Below, piece by piece: positions 46,511-57,209 of a stretch of 64,000 nucleotides of DNA. The translations under genes and the position numbers were made by a program. Location of the stretch: positions 1,923 through 65,922 of the forward strand of contig JBFMAY010000023.1 of assembly GCA_040755455.1 (NCBI GenBank), given 5' to 3'. Positions within the stretch are counted from its first letter, which is position 1. Each line of letters opens with the position of its first letter. Source of the DNA: Thermodesulfobacteriota bacterium (GTDB taxonomy: Bacteria; Desulfobacterota; Desulfobulbia; Desulfobulbales; SURF-16). Under the pieces are notes generated by a model, which saw only the letters and a list, made by a program, of their open reading frames with translations, was not told the DNA's origin and did not search any database.

Positions 46511-49500
46511 TTATTTCATGAGCAGAATATCATGAATTTTCTGGGACAGATCCTTCATGTTATACGGTTTTTGAATGAACCCATCACAGCCCTTACTCAG
46601 TATCCTGGAAGCCTGGCCATCAATACTGTAGCCGCTTGAGAGGAGAATCCGGACATCAGGATTGATTTCTTTCAATCTGGCGAAGGTATCATCCCCGCTC
46701 ATGCCCGGCATGACCAGGTCCAGCAGAACAAGGTCGATCTTGTCCCTGTTGCCGGTGTAAATATCTATCGCCTCTTTGCCGCTGCAGGCGGTTAACACCT
46801 CATACCCCAGACTCTTGATGATCTCTGTGCCGACGTCAAGGATCAACTGTTCATCATCGACAAGCAGAACGGTTCCTTCGCCTTTCATCACCTCATCTGC
46901 CTGTGTCTTTTCTTCAATGACAACCTTTTCCGAGGCGGGCAGATAGATGTTGAAGGTGGCGCCGTGCCCTTTTACACTGTAAACATTGATGATGCCGCCA
47001 TGATTCTTGATAATGCCATAGGCGGAGGCCAGTCCCAGGCCTGTCCCCCTCCCCATTTCCTTGGTGGTGAAAAACGGGTCAAATATCTTCTGCTGGATGG
47101 CTTCATCGATGCCCACTCCGGTATCGGTCACCGAGATTTTGACATAGTTGCCGGGTTGCACGGCATAAAGCCGCAGGTGCGTTCCATCCAAGACGACATT
47201 TTCCGTCTGGATAAAAAGATCGCCGCCGCCGGGCATGGCCTGCCAGGCATTAATGTACAGATTGAGTATCACCTGCTCTATCTGCCCCTGATCGGCTTCC
47301 ACGGTCCAGAGATTCTTTTCATATTTTTCATGAATAGTAATCTCTTTTTTGGTGCGGCCGAACAAATGATTCTGCACTTTGATAATTTCATTCAAATTAA
47401 GGGGTTTAACCTCATATTTCCCGCCCCTGGCAAAACCGAGCAGCTGTCTGGTCAGTTCCGCCGCCCGCCAGACTATACTTTCGATCACCTTTAAATGCGC
47501 AAAATGAGGGTGCGAAGAGTCGATACTCATCAACATCAACGCATTTCTTCCCTGGATACCCATCAGCAGATTATTAAAGTCATGGGCCACGCCTCCTGCC
47601 AGGGTGCCGATGGACTCCATTTTTTGCGCCTGATAGAACTGAACCTCAAAGCGCTTTTGCGCGGTCATATCACGGATGATCGAAATCACCCTGACCACCA
47701 TGCCGTCTTCCACCAGAGGTATCTTGCGGCATTCGGTAATAAATTCCCGGTCGCCGATTCTGGTGGTTTCCTGGGTGACAAGGACCTTTTTATGGGCAAA
47801 TACCCAGCGGTATTCATCAACAATTTTTTCCGGCAGAAAGGGAAAAATTTCCATGGGCGTCCGGTTAATCACGTCCACAGCAAGCCCCAGTTCCCTGATC
47901 ATTTTCATAAAAGAGGAGTTAAACAGCACAATTTTCAAATCCGGGCCAACAACATGGATCCAGTCGCCCATGGCATCCAGGATTTCCCGGTGATTTTTCT
48001 CACTCTCCCGCAGCTTCTCCTCGGCCCGCTTGAGCTCGGTGACGTCGCGAAACATGCCCTGCAGATACTTTTTGCCGTCGATATTTATCAGGCTGGCCTT
48101 GATGGCAACGATTCTTATCGCCCCGCTGCTCGTGACAACCTCCTCTTCCAGAATCATACCCTCACTGTCCGTGAGATGTTTTTTATAGGTTTCAGAAAAA
48201 ATGTCCGTAATGCGATGGGGAGGATGCAGGATTGTCTGATGCTGCCCGATTAATTCGGATTTTTTCCTGCCCACCAGCCTGGCGGCCTCCTGGTTGCAAT
48301 CAACAAGCACCCCCGTTTCAGCTTCTGCGAGAAATATGCCGTCCCGGGCTCCCTCAAAGAGTTTCCGGTAGCGCTCCTCACTCCCACGGAGTTCCATCTC
48401 AGCCCGCTTGCGGTGCGTGATATCCCGCAGCAGCTCCACCACCATCTTCGGCTTGCCATATTCATCCCTTGCTGCAACATTGGCGATACACCAGAAATTG
48501 GTCAGCCTGCCGTTGATGACAATGTCCGTTTCAAATTCGTGGATTCTGCCGTCAGCGAAACATCTTTTGACGATACAGGCATCACACACCTCGCTGCGGC
48601 CCTGATAAACAGCAAAACACTTTTTGCCGAGGATATCCGCCCCGAAAACAGACTCGGTATTCTCGTTGGCCCAGACAATGTTGAACTGCGGGTCCACCAT
48701 GCACATGTAATCCGGCACCGACTCGATCACGCCGGACAGTTTCTGCTCACTCTCCCTCAGCGCCTCCGCGCCACTGGCGATCTCCTGCAGATACCTGGCT
48801 TCTATTTCGAGCTCCGCCTGCCGTCTCTGGCTTCTGAACAGCACGAAGCCGCCGGTCCCCAGAAACATGACCAGCAGCCCGGCCAGAATGGTGGTGTTTC
48901 TGGCATGCCGGTTGATCGGGCCGGCAATTTCCGAATAGGGCAGAGTCAATACCAGATTCCACCTTGCCTCGCCAATGGGAATGCGCCAGAAGGCCACCAG
49001 ATCAGGCTGATCCGTGAGACAGTTCGTGTAGATGCCGGCGCCCTGTGGTTCTGTTGCAACCCGATTGAGATAATCATGCTCCTCTTTGATATGCTCTTTT
49101 GTCTTGTTTTCGTTATAAATTTCCCCTCGTTCCACATGCATTCTTTTGATGATCCCCAGCACCGTGCTGCCGATGAATTCCCTGCGCGGATAGGCAAGGA
49201 TCTTCTGGCTGTCATCAAACATCCAGGCAAAACCCTGTTGGCCGACCTTGATTGGGCTGATAAAACGCCTGGCGAGGGTTTCCACCTCAATCACCCACCT
49301 GACGATGCCGATAAACTCCTCATGCGCAAATATCGGCTCTGAGACGGAAATGGCGAGATTGCCGCGCTCGTTGACAAAGGTCTGGCTGATATGCGATCTG
49401 TGCTCATTGATCACAAAGTCGATATCCGTCTTGCCGGCAAGAGAGAGGCCAACTCCGTCTCCCATGGTTGGATGACTTTGCAGGAGAACGCCTTTGGCGT

Positions 49501-49852
49501 CATAGACAGCGAGCCCGTAAATCTCACTTTGGTGGATTTTATAAAAATTTTCGATGGGGCAATAGCCGTTTTCCGCCATCTGCCCCGCGCCCGCCTGATC
49601 AATAATTTTTTGTTGTAAATAGGGATCCTTGGCAAAGGCCTTGAGGATAATTTCAATATGCTCGGCAATATATTCTTCCATGCCCCTGGCAGTTGCCTCA
49701 TTGGTTGCCTGCAGCTGCTGCATCATCTGGGAAACAACGGTTTCCCTGAAATGCTCATGGGACAGGTAGGACACATAGATAATGGCAAGGATGACCGATA
49801 CGCTGGCAATGATGCTTGCCGTGGTCCTGATGAAGAGTTTTTTTGCTGTCAT
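46511..49852 (-). CDS. hybrid sensor histidine kinase (TM-dCache-TM, multiple PAS, HisKA, HATPase_c, C-terminal receiver)
   Basis: H-box HDFNNLL. N/G boxes NLYINAWQA and DTGVGI...GTGLGL. Receiver segment VLLVDDE...[10 protein letters not shown]...KP. Start set at MTAKKLF. Confidence 0.9.
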   Translation of the reverse strand: MTAKKLFIRTTASIIASVSVILAIIYVSYLSHEHFRETVVSQMMQQLQATNEATARGMEEYIAEHIEIILKAFAKDPYLQQKIIDQAGAGQMAENGYCPIENFYKIHQSEIYGLAVYDAKGVLLQSHPTMGDGVGLSLAGKTDIDFVINEHRSHISQTFVNERGNLAISVSEPIFAHEEFIGIVRWVIEVETLARRFISPIKVGQQGFAWMFDDSQKILAYPRREFIGSTVLGIIKRMHVERGEIYNENKTKEHIKEEHDYLNRVATEPQGAGIYTNCLTDQPDLVAFWRIPIGEARWNLVLTLPYSEIAGPINRHARNTTILAGLLVMFLGTGGFVLFRSQRRQAELEIEARYLQEIASGAEALRESEQKLSGVIESVPDYMCMVDPQFNIVWANENTESVFGADILGKKCFAVYQGRSEVCDACIVKRCFADGRIHEFETDIVINGRLTNFWCIANVAARDEYGKPKMVVELLRDITHRKRAEMELRGSEERYRKLFEGARDGIFLAEAETGVLVDCNQEAARLVGRKKSELIGQHQTILHPPHRITDIFSETYKKHLTDSEGMILEEEVVTSSGAIRIVAIKASLINIDGKKYLQGMFRDVTELKRAEEKLRESEKNHREILDAMGDWIHVVGPDLKIVLFNSSFMKMIRELGLAVDVINRTPMEIFPFLPEKIVDEYRWVFAHKKVLVTQETTRIGDREFITECRKIPLVEDGMVVRVISIIRDMTAQKRFEVQFYQAQKMESIGTLAGGVAHDFNNLLMGIQGRNALMLMSIDSSHPHFAHLKVIESIVWRAAELTRQLLGFARGGKYEVKPLNLNEIIKVQNHLFGRTKKEITIHEKYEKNLWTVEADQGQIEQVILNLYINAWQAMPGGGDLFIQTENVVLDGTHLRLYAVQPGNYVKISVTDTGVGIDEAIQQKIFDPFFTTKEMGRGTGLGLASAYGIIKNHGGIINVYSVKGHGATFNIYLPASEKVVIEEKTQADEVMKGEGTVLLVDDEQLILDVGTEIIKSLGYEVLTACSGKEAIDIYTGNRDKIDLVLLDLVMPGMSGDDTFARLKEINPDVRILLSSGYSIDGQASRILSKGCDGFIQKPYNMKDLSQKIHDILLMK

Positions 49853-50293
49853 ACGGTTATCAGGTAAATGATTACTCCCTTGCAGCCGTTTGCATCGATT
49901 CCCCCGTACGCCATGCAATAAAGGCCGCTGCCACGTTCATTTTCTGCTGATACTTACCCCGGCGGGCAGTGCCCCCGGATCGCGGCGGCATTGCCCGCAG
50001 AAAAAAACGAACCCCTTGATATTAACGGGTTTTGTTGGGGAAAAGCCCGCCGCCGGCCGCTCAACAACGGAAGGCGATTGGGGAGAGGAGAAAGCGATGC
50101 CCCACGGCAAAACCCTTACTCATAAGGGCCGAAAAGGAAAAGGAGCAATACCTTGTGATCACTGTGAAATGAAATACAATCTTTTCATTAAAATGATATT
50201 CATTTACGGAAAAAATGAAAAGAAATTTAAGGAGGGCAGGATTTTTTTTAATATCAACAACCACTCACGCAGCTCACCACTTCATGCAATCAC

Positions 50294-50321
50294 TTGACAA
50301 GGGGAATTTCTCGGGTTTAAT
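50294..50321 (+). promoter_or_regulatory. sigma70-type promoter candidate abutting the lgt start (possible leaderless mRNA)
   Basis: TTGACA, 16-nt spacer, TTTAAT ending 6 nt before the ATG at 50328. There is no RBS in between. Confidence 0.25.
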
Positions 50322-50327
50322 GGCGGT

Positions 50328-51122
50328 ATGCTTTCTTTTCCAAACATAGATCCGGTTCTTGTCAAGCTGGGGCCGCTGCAGGTGCGCTGGTACGGACTGA
50401 TGTATGTCCTCGGTTTCTGTGGCTCCTACTTTCTTGTCCGCCATCAGATCACCACATTCCGGCTCAATAAACTGGCCGCTGAATTTGAAAACCTCAACTT
50501 CGCACTCATCCTCAGCCTGGTGCTGGGCGGCAGGCTGGGCTATGTCTTTTTTTATAATTTCTCCTATTATGCCCAGCATCCGCTGGAAATTTTCGCCACC
50601 TGGCACGGCGGAATGTCCTTTCATGGAGCGGTCATCGGTCTGGTGCTGGTAGGCTTTCTGTACTGCCGCAAAAAAGGGCTGAACTTTCTGGAAACAGCGG
50701 ACGTCTACGTAGTAACGACTCCGGTTGGGTTAGGCTTGGGCCGCATCGGCAATTTCATCAATGCCGAGCTTTTCGGCCGGGTAAGCGACGTGCCCTGGGC
50801 CATGATTTTTCCGGGGGCCGGACCGCTTGCCCGTCATCCCTCCCAGCTGTATGAGGCCCTGCTGGAGGGGGTGCTGCTGTTTGCCATTCTCTGGCCCCTG
50901 AAAACCGAGAAATACCGGCGCCGCTGGGCCCACGGCACCATGCTGGCCGCCTTTCTCGTGCTCTACGGCGTTTTCCGTATCCTCAGCGAGTGCTTCCGCC
51001 AGCCGGACGCCCATATCGGCTTTCTGGCCGGTTTTCTCACCCGGGGGCAGCTTTTAAGTGCTGTAATGATTTGTGCTGGATTAATTCTCTATTTTAACGT
51101 AAAAAACGAACCAAACGTGTAA
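50328..51122 (+). CDS. lgt: prolipoprotein diacylglyceryl transferase
   Basis: P.I.....G...+.WYGLMY.LGF, GGRLGYV, GGMSFHG and GRIGNFINAELFG motifs. Confidence 0.92.
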   Translation: MLSFPNIDPVLVKLGPLQVRWYGLMYVLGFCGSYFLVRHQITTFRLNKLAAEFENLNFALILSLVLGGRLGYVFFYNFSYYAQHPLEIFATWHGGMSFHGAVIGLVLVGFLYCRKKGLNFLETADVYVVTTPVGLGLGRIGNFINAELFGRVSDVPWAMIFPGAGPLARHPSQLYEALLEGVLLFAILWPLKTEKYRRRWAHGTMLAAFLVLYGVFRILSECFRQPDAHIGFLAGFLTRGQLLSAVMICAGLILYFNVKNEPNV

Positions 51123-51136
51123 CGTGGACAGTTCCC

Positions 51137-53800
51137 ATGAAATTACCCCCGCTTTTTTTACTGATCTTACTCCTAACAGCCATCACCATGACGACACATA
51201 CAACCAATGCCAGAGAACTTTCATCCCATCTTTACAAGGAAACACTCCCCAACAAGCTGACGGTTCTTGTCAAGGAGACCCCGGGGACCAAGGTCGCCAC
51301 CGTGCAGATCTGGGTGAAGGCCGGCAGCATTTACGAGGACGCCAACGAAGCCGGCATCACCCACCTGATCGAACACATGATCTTCAAGGGCACCCCCACC
51401 AGGGGACTGGGCAGGGTTGCCGGCGACGTCGAGGAGGTGGGCGGCCGCATCAATGCCTATACCTCTTACGAATACACGGTGTACCATGCCACCCTCTCGG
51501 CCCGCTTCTGGGAAAGGGGCCTGGATGTGCTCAATGACGCCCTGCGCAACTCAATATTTGACCCCGACGAGCTGGAGCGGGAAAAAAAGGTGATCCTGGA
51601 AGAGATCAGCATGCGCAACGACCGGCCGGAAATCAAGCTCTTCGAGCAGCTGATGACCACGGCCTACTCCGTCCATCCCTACCGGCTGCCGGTCATCGGC
51701 ACGGTGGAGAGCGTCACGGGCTTTACCAGGGACGACATCCTCAACTACATGAAGGACCACTATCATGCCGAGAACTTCACCGTTGTCGTGGTCGGCGACG
51801 TGCGTTACGGCGATGTGCTGAGCGCGGTGAATAAACTCATGGGGGACATTGCCCAGGGCGATCACGTTCAGCCGCCCCTGCCCCAGGAACCGGACCAGAA
51901 TGCTCCCCGCTTTTTCCAGCAGAAAGACGACATCAACCAGACCCATCTGGCCCTGGCCTTTCCCATTACCCCCTTTGTCCATCCCGACACCCCGGTGCTC
52001 GATGTCATTGCCGCCATTCTCGGCCAGGGAGAGGCGTCCCGCCTCTTCAATGAGCTGCGCAATGAAAAACGGCTGGTCTACCGGGTCAGCGCCGCCGCCT
52101 TTACCCCCAAAGACAAAGGGCTGATGGAGGCCACCGCCACCCTGGATGCCTCGACCCTTCCTGCCGCCATGGAGGCCATGCTGGAAGAATTCTTCCGGCT
52201 CAAATACCTGAGGGTCAGCGAGGAAGAGCTCAACCGGGTGAAACGCAACCTGGAAAGCGACTTTGTCTTCAACCTGGAACGGGCGGAAGGACAGGCCCGC
52301 ACCCTGGGATCTTTTGAAGTCCTCACCGGTGATCCGCGGGAGGACGAATACCTGGTCAAGGTCCGTTCGGTCAGTGCCGACGACGTCATGCGCGTTGCCC
52401 AACAATATTTTACCACCCAAAACATCTCCGCCGGCTGCCTGCTGCCGGTGGATGCCCCTTTTGACATCACCAGCGGGATGTTTACGCAAATCATCGCCAA
52501 GGCTGAGGAGGCGGCCAAAAACAGCGTACCCCCCTCTCTGCTGATCGACTCCTACCTCAATGATGTGCACCGTTTCCAGCTGGCCAACGGCATCACCCTG
52601 CTGGTGCGGGAGGATCACAGCATACCCACCGTTTCCATGCGGGCCATCTTTCCCGGCGGCCTGCGCAGTGAAATGGAGACCACCAATGGCGCATTTGCCT
52701 TCATCACCGAGCTGCTGCCCACCGCCACGGAAAAGCTCTCCTCACGGGAGCTTACCCTGGAGATAGCCGAAATGGCGGGCTCCATTGCCGGCTTCAACGG
52801 CAAGAACACCTTCGGCCTCAAGGCGGATTTTTTGGCCCGCTTTTTTGACGAGGGGCTGAGACTATTCCGCGACATTATCATCACCCCGGCCTTTGATGAG
52901 GCGGAGGCGGAAAAAATCAGGCCGGAACTGCTGGCCCAGCTCAAGCAGCAGGATGATTCGCTGCCCTCCCTTGGCTTCAAGGAATTTAACCGCCTGCTCT
53001 TTCAGGGCCATCCATACGCCCTGAACACCGCGGGTTCGGAGGCAGCCATCAAAGACTTCACCCCCGGCAAACTGAAAAAAATCTACAAGGACCACGCCAT
53101 TCCGGAAAAGATGGTGCTGGCCGTTGCCGGTGATGTCAAGGCTGAGGAGGCCAAAGAGCTGGTGGAGAAATATTTCGGCGTCTGGACCAACCCGGCAACG
53201 ACCAACGACTCGGTGCAGGAGACTTTCCTGGCCCCGGCCCCGCCGGCCCGGCCCGAGTTTTTCTCGGTTGAACGGGACAAGGAGCAGGTCCATATCGTCA
53301 TCGGTTTTCTCGGCGTACCGCTCTCCAGCGAAGACAGATATCCCCTGGAGATCATCGAGACCGTCTTAAGCGGCCAGAGCGGCAGGCTGTTTAACGAGCT
53401 GCGCGACAAACAGAGCCTGGCCTACAGCCTTTCCGCCTTCACCCTGTTCGGGCTTGAGACCGGCTCGTTCGGCATCTACATCGGCACCAGCCCCGACAAA
53501 AGAGACGCGGCGATCAAGGCGCTGTGGAAGGAACTCTATCTGATCCAGGAGGAAACGGTGAGTGATGAAGAGCTGGCCAAGGCCAAAAACCTGCTGATCA
53601 GCCAGTATGAGCTGGGGCTGCAGACCCATGGCGCCCAGGCGATGGAAATGGGCTTGAACGAGACGTACGGGCTGGGACAGGATTACGGCAACCGCTACGT
53701 TACCGAGATTGACAAGATTGACGGTCAAAGGGTGCTTGAGGTTGCCCGCCGCTACATCCAGCCCGACCATTATGTCATGGTCACCGTCGGGGCGAAATAA
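51137..53800 (+). CDS. M16 (pitrilysin) family peptidase, two fused insulinase halves
   Basis: HxxEH zinc motif HLIEHMIFKGT with downstream E. A second, inactive half follows. Signal peptide present. Confidence 0.88.
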   Translation: MKLPPLFLLILLLTAITMTTHTTNARELSSHLYKETLPNKLTVLVKETPGTKVATVQIWVKAGSIYEDANEAGITHLIEHMIFKGTPTRGLGRVAGDVEEVGGRINAYTSYEYTVYHATLSARFWERGLDVLNDALRNSIFDPDELEREKKVILEEISMRNDRPEIKLFEQLMTTAYSVHPYRLPVIGTVESVTGFTRDDILNYMKDHYHAENFTVVVVGDVRYGDVLSAVNKLMGDIAQGDHVQPPLPQEPDQNAPRFFQQKDDINQTHLALAFPITPFVHPDTPVLDVIAAILGQGEASRLFNELRNEKRLVYRVSAAAFTPKDKGLMEATATLDASTLPAAMEAMLEEFFRLKYLRVSEEELNRVKRNLESDFVFNLERAEGQARTLGSFEVLTGDPREDEYLVKVRSVSADDVMRVAQQYFTTQNISAGCLLPVDAPFDITSGMFTQIIAKAEEAAKNSVPPSLLIDSYLNDVHRFQLANGITLLVREDHSIPTVSMRAIFPGGLRSEMETTNGAFAFITELLPTATEKLSSRELTLEIAEMAGSIAGFNGKNTFGLKADFLARFFDEGLRLFRDIIITPAFDEAEAEKIRPELLAQLKQQDDSLPSLGFKEFNRLLFQGHPYALNTAGSEAAIKDFTPGKLKKIYKDHAIPEKMVLAVAGDVKAEEAKELVEKYFGVWTNPATTNDSVQETFLAPAPPARPEFFSVERDKEQVHIVIGFLGVPLSSEDRYPLEIIETVLSGQSGRLFNELRDKQSLAYSLSAFTLFGLETGSFGIYIGTSPDKRDAAIKALWKELYLIQEETVSDEELAKAKNLLISQYELGLQTHGAQAMEMGLNETYGLGQDYGNRYVTEIDKIDGQRVLEVARRYIQPDHYVMVTVGAK

Positions 53801-53852
53801 TGATAGTTGATAAGCTATTGAGCTTTTAAGCTGTTAAGAGGATTTAATTGCC

Positions 53853-54506
53853 ATGCAGAACAAAATGCTTGCCCCCTCCATTCTTTCCGCCGATTTTGCC
53901 CGGCTGGGGGAGGAAATTACCGCTGTGATCAAGGCCGGCGCCGATGTCATCCATGTGGATGTGATGGACGGCCATTTTGTGCCCAACATCACCATCGGGC
54001 CGCTGGTGGTGGCGGCGGTGCGGAAAATCTGCGCCCGCCCCCTGGACGTGCATCTGATGATCAGCGATGCCGACCGCTACCTAGACGCCTTTGCCGCCGC
54101 CGGGGCCGACTGGATCACCGTGCATGTCGAGGCCTGCCCCCATCTGCACCGCACCATCCAGCACATCAAAAAACTCGGCAAAAAGGCCGGGGTGGTGCTG
54201 AACCCAGCCACCTCGCTGGCAACCCTGGACTACATCCTCGAAGATGTTGATCTGGTGATGCTGATGAGTGTCAATCCGGGTTTCGGCGGCCAGTCCTTCA
54301 TCCCTGCCACCCTGGAAAAAATCCGGGCCTTGAAGGCGCGCATCGACCGGCTCGGTCTTGCGACGGGCATAGAAATCGACGGCGGGGTGAGCCCGGATAC
54401 CATCAGCGCCATCTCCGCCGCGGGGGCCAATATCTTTGTGGCTGGCTCCGCCGTCTTCACCGGCGACTACCGGGAGACGGTGGCGGCCCTTAAGAGCCGC
54501 TGGTAA
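53853..54506 (+). CDS. rpe: ribulose-phosphate 3-epimerase
   Basis: APSILSADFARLGEE, HVDVMDGHFVPN and MSVNPGFGGQ. Confidence 0.93.
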   Translation: MQNKMLAPSILSADFARLGEEITAVIKAGADVIHVDVMDGHFVPNITIGPLVVAAVRKICARPLDVHLMISDADRYLDAFAAAGADWITVHVEACPHLHRTIQHIKKLGKKAGVVLNPATSLATLDYILEDVDLVMLMSVNPGFGGQSFIPATLEKIRALKARIDRLGLATGIEIDGGVSPDTISAISAAGANIFVAGSAVFTGDYRETVAALKSRW

Positions 54507-54514
54507 AGGCCTCG

Positions 54515-56623
54515 TCAGCGCAACCCCACCCTGTCGCTCTGCCCGTTGTCCGCCATCCCCCAGAGCGCCGACTTGCGACGGGATACTGTCTGCAACTTGA
54601 TATCCCTGGAGTCACTCTGCCCGGCGGCATCTACTGCCGTAACCCGCAGCACGGGTCCGGGCTCCGCTGAGGAGTAAAAGGAGGACGGCATGGCAAATGA
54701 GATGATGGAGCCTTCCGCATTGTTCTTTTTAATCTGCACCGGCGTCCCGGATATCTGCTCCCAGCGGAAGTTCAGCGTGCTTCTCGCCTCATCCCTGGTG
54801 GGGCTCGCATCAATGCGCACCGTTTCCCCGACCATATAGGCGCCGGCCATTTCACCGAGGCGTATTTCCGGCTCCAGATCGCCGCGCTTGACCCGCAGCG
54901 TCACCTTGCCCAGGCCGGAGCTCAGTCCTCCCTTTTTAAAACGGTAATGGAGCACATCCTGGCCGCTAAAGGCAGGATCAGGCCGGTAGACGTACCTGCC
55001 ATCATTGCCCTTGCTCAGACTGCCGCTCAGGCGGGAATCGTCAACCTCAACCGAGACCTTGGAGCTGAAAGGGCTGCGATTTGCCTCGCGCCAGATACGG
55101 CCCCAGTCGATGATTACCTTATTGGTACTGACCGTATCATAGGTCATATTCTTGGCAAAGACCTGCGGTCTGCTCGCCTCTGCAGATTTTTTCGCCGCCT
55201 CTGCCTTTTCCTTTTCTTTTTCCTCCGCCAGCTTCGCCAGGTTCGGTCCGGTAATGATCACCTTGGCCAGAGCGCTGCTCTCTTTTCCGTCACTGGCCTT
55301 GTACTCAAACCTGTCCTCTCCCGGGAAATCATTATTCGGCAGATAAACCAGCGCGGGCGCATCCCCGGACAGACGGCCATGCTGCGGCGGGGTGGTCACT
55401 TCATAGGTGACCGTGTCGCCGTCATCATCCTTGGCGCTGAGGGTCACCGGCACTTCTCCCCCGGTTTCCGGCATGGCATAGAGGCTGTCACCGACCACCG
55501 GGATTTTATTGACCGCCGCCTGCGGTTGCGGTTCCTCTACCTGCGCCACCGGTTCGCCCCCCTGCATGGGAATCGCCGGCTCTTTTTTGGGGCCGGGCCG
55601 GAAAAAATAAATGCTCGTGGCCACGACAAGGGCGAGACAGACGGCAATAACCGTGGCCACGGTCTTGGTGATTGCTGCGGGCAGAAAGGGGAGAAAACCG
55701 CCGCCGCCTGTTCCCGGGCCATGGGCAGAGTTTTTATGGTTCATAGCACCAATCTCCCCGGCCAGCGTGGCCTCACCGGAGGAGGTTTTATTAGTCTGGG
55801 CGGCATCGCCCACTTCCTGAAAATCGTCATCGCTCTCCAGCACTTCGGCCAGATCCATCTCCTCGGACGGGAACGGCTCTTCGATCTCATCATCGTCAAG
55901 CCCTGAAAAAAGCTGGTCAATTTCATCCTGATCCACATCCAGCCCTTCGCCGAGACCATCCTCTCCAGCCTTGCCTGCTGCCGGCAAGGCCTCGACGGTG
56001 GGACCTTTTTCCTGTTGGTCAGCACCGCGCAACAGGGCATCGATATTGTCCTGATCCAGCTCTCCCCCATCACCGGCCTGGGGAGATTCGTCATCATCCG
56101 CCCCTAAAAGAAGATCGATATTGGCCTGGTCCAGCTCCACACTGCCGGATTCCGCCTGTTGCTCAGGGGCAGCGGCCTGTGGGCCGGGGCTTTCCTCCAT
56201 CCCCCCAAGCAGGGCATCAATGTTGGCCTGGTCCAGCTCTACCGGGGCATTATCCGCCGACGCCTCGGCCGGTTGTGATTCATCACCGTCCCCAAAATCC
56301 GCACTGCCGCCGAGCAGGGCATCGATATTGGCCTGGTCCAGCTCGACTGAGGCATTAGCCGCAGACGCTGCCGCTGCAGCCTCATGCTCCTCAACATCTT
56401 GGCTTGCGCCGAGCAGGGCGTCGATATTGGCCTGATCCAGCTCTACCAAAGCACTTTCCGCCGGCGCTGCTGCCGCCGGCGCCGGCTCGCTTTCAGCTTT
56501 TAAGCCGCCCCCCAGCAGGGCATCAATATTATCCTGGTCAAGTTCACCGGAAAATTCTTCCGAATCATCCAGATCTTCGAGCCAGTCATCAAGATCAGAG
56601 GTTGTCTTTTTTTCGTCTGCCAT
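54515..56623 (-). CDS. single-pass membrane protein: acidic N-terminal repeat region, TM helix, periplasmic Ig-like (cadherin/VCBS-type and PKD-like) domains
   Basis: Seven (E/D)LDQxNIDALLGG repeats. TM segment TVATVIAVCLALVVATSIYFF. DDDGDTVTYEV..PQHGRL...FPGEDRFEYKASDG is the Ig-like repeat signature. Confidence 0.78.
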   Translation of the reverse strand: MADEKKTTSDLDDWLEDLDDSEEFSGELDQDNIDALLGGGLKAESEPAPAAAAPAESALVELDQANIDALLGASQDVEEHEAAAAASAANASVELDQANIDALLGGSADFGDGDESQPAEASADNAPVELDQANIDALLGGMEESPGPQAAAPEQQAESGSVELDQANIDLLLGADDDESPQAGDGGELDQDNIDALLRGADQQEKGPTVEALPAAGKAGEDGLGEGLDVDQDEIDQLFSGLDDDEIEEPFPSEEMDLAEVLESDDDFQEVGDAAQTNKTSSGEATLAGEIGAMNHKNSAHGPGTGGGGFLPFLPAAITKTVATVIAVCLALVVATSIYFFRPGPKKEPAIPMQGGEPVAQVEEPQPQAAVNKIPVVGDSLYAMPETGGEVPVTLSAKDDDGDTVTYEVTTPPQHGRLSGDAPALVYLPNNDFPGEDRFEYKASDGKESSALAKVIITGPNLAKLAEEKEKEKAEAAKKSAEASRPQVFAKNMTYDTVSTNKVIIDWGRIWREANRSPFSSKVSVEVDDSRLSGSLSKGNDGRYVYRPDPAFSGQDVLHYRFKKGGLSSGLGKVTLRVKRGDLEPEIRLGEMAGAYMVGETVRIDASPTRDEARSTLNFRWEQISGTPVQIKKNNAEGSIISFAMPSSFYSSAEPGPVLRVTAVDAAGQSDSRDIKLQTVSRRKSALWGMADNGQSDRVGLR
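55905..56555 (-). repeat. about 100-bp-period coding tandem repeats (7 units) inside the 702-aa ORF
   Basis: GCATCGATATTGGCCTGGTCCAGCTC-like cores recur near 55915, 56037, 56113, 56214, 56318, 56418 and 56519. Confidence 0.85.
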
Positions 56624-56637
56624 GGCCAGGCCCTTTG

Positions 56638-57192
56638 TCAGTTATTCTTGTAACTTTCCACGTAGGAATGGAGAAACCGGTAGATAGGTTCAGACATCTC
56701 CACACTCACCACATGGGACCGCCCCTCGCCGACAAAATTTCTGCCGCTGATACGAACCCGCAGGTAACCATCCACCTCCTCAATGACACCTTCCATCTTC
56801 TGGGGAAAATTATTTCCTGCCATGTAGTTTGCCGCCGGTGCACGGTTGATCACGGCGGCCATCTGATCCGCCAGGGTGATGCCGAGCATGGTCATTTTAT
56901 GGACCTGGTAATCGCCAACCACGGCAAAGGGGGATACCTCCACCGCCTGCGGGCCATAAAAACCCTGAAAGGCCCCGCTGGCATCATCACAGATCATGGT
57001 GACCAGCTCGGCCAGATTGGAATAGCGCTGGTAGCTGATCTGCTTGGGGTACTCGTCCGTGGTAGTCATTTCCGCCCCGGCTTCATCCATGGCCCACAGC
57101 GGTGGAGCAAGGGTGGCGGCCAGCAAAGGCAGGGACAGCAACGCCGCCCAGCATCCCAACAGTTTTTTGTGCAATGTCTTCATGTCGATCAT
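56638..57192 (-). CDS. secreted FlgO/TolB-N-like protein, paralog 3
   Basis: Signal peptide, then a core V..FAVVGD......LG..LADQM.......EG....DGYLRV.ISG that parallels the two upstream paralogs. Confidence 0.5.
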   Translation of the reverse strand: MIDMKTLHKKLLGCWAALLSLPLLAATLAPPLWAMDEAGAEMTTTDEYPKQISYQRYSNLAELVTMICDDASGAFQGFYGPQAVEVSPFAVVGDYQVHKMTMLGITLADQMAAVINRAPAANYMAGNNFPQKMEGVIEEVDGYLRVRISGRNFVGEGRSHVVSVEMSEPIYRFLHSYVESYKNN

Positions 57193-57209
57193 CCTCCCGG
57201 GCCCGGCGA

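Noticed and set aside
50061-50264. 67-aa ORF in the AT-rich stretch upstream of lgt.
   Set aside because: No RBS, low-complexity hydrophobic/AT-biased translation, and it sits in a promoter-like intergenic region.
55905-56555. Regularly spaced ~100-bp DNA repeats that could be mistaken for a CRISPR-like array.
   Set aside because: They lie entirely inside a long ORF and encode the LDQxNIDALLGG peptide repeat. The spacers are also coding and compositionally similar, and there is no repeat-spacer architecture.
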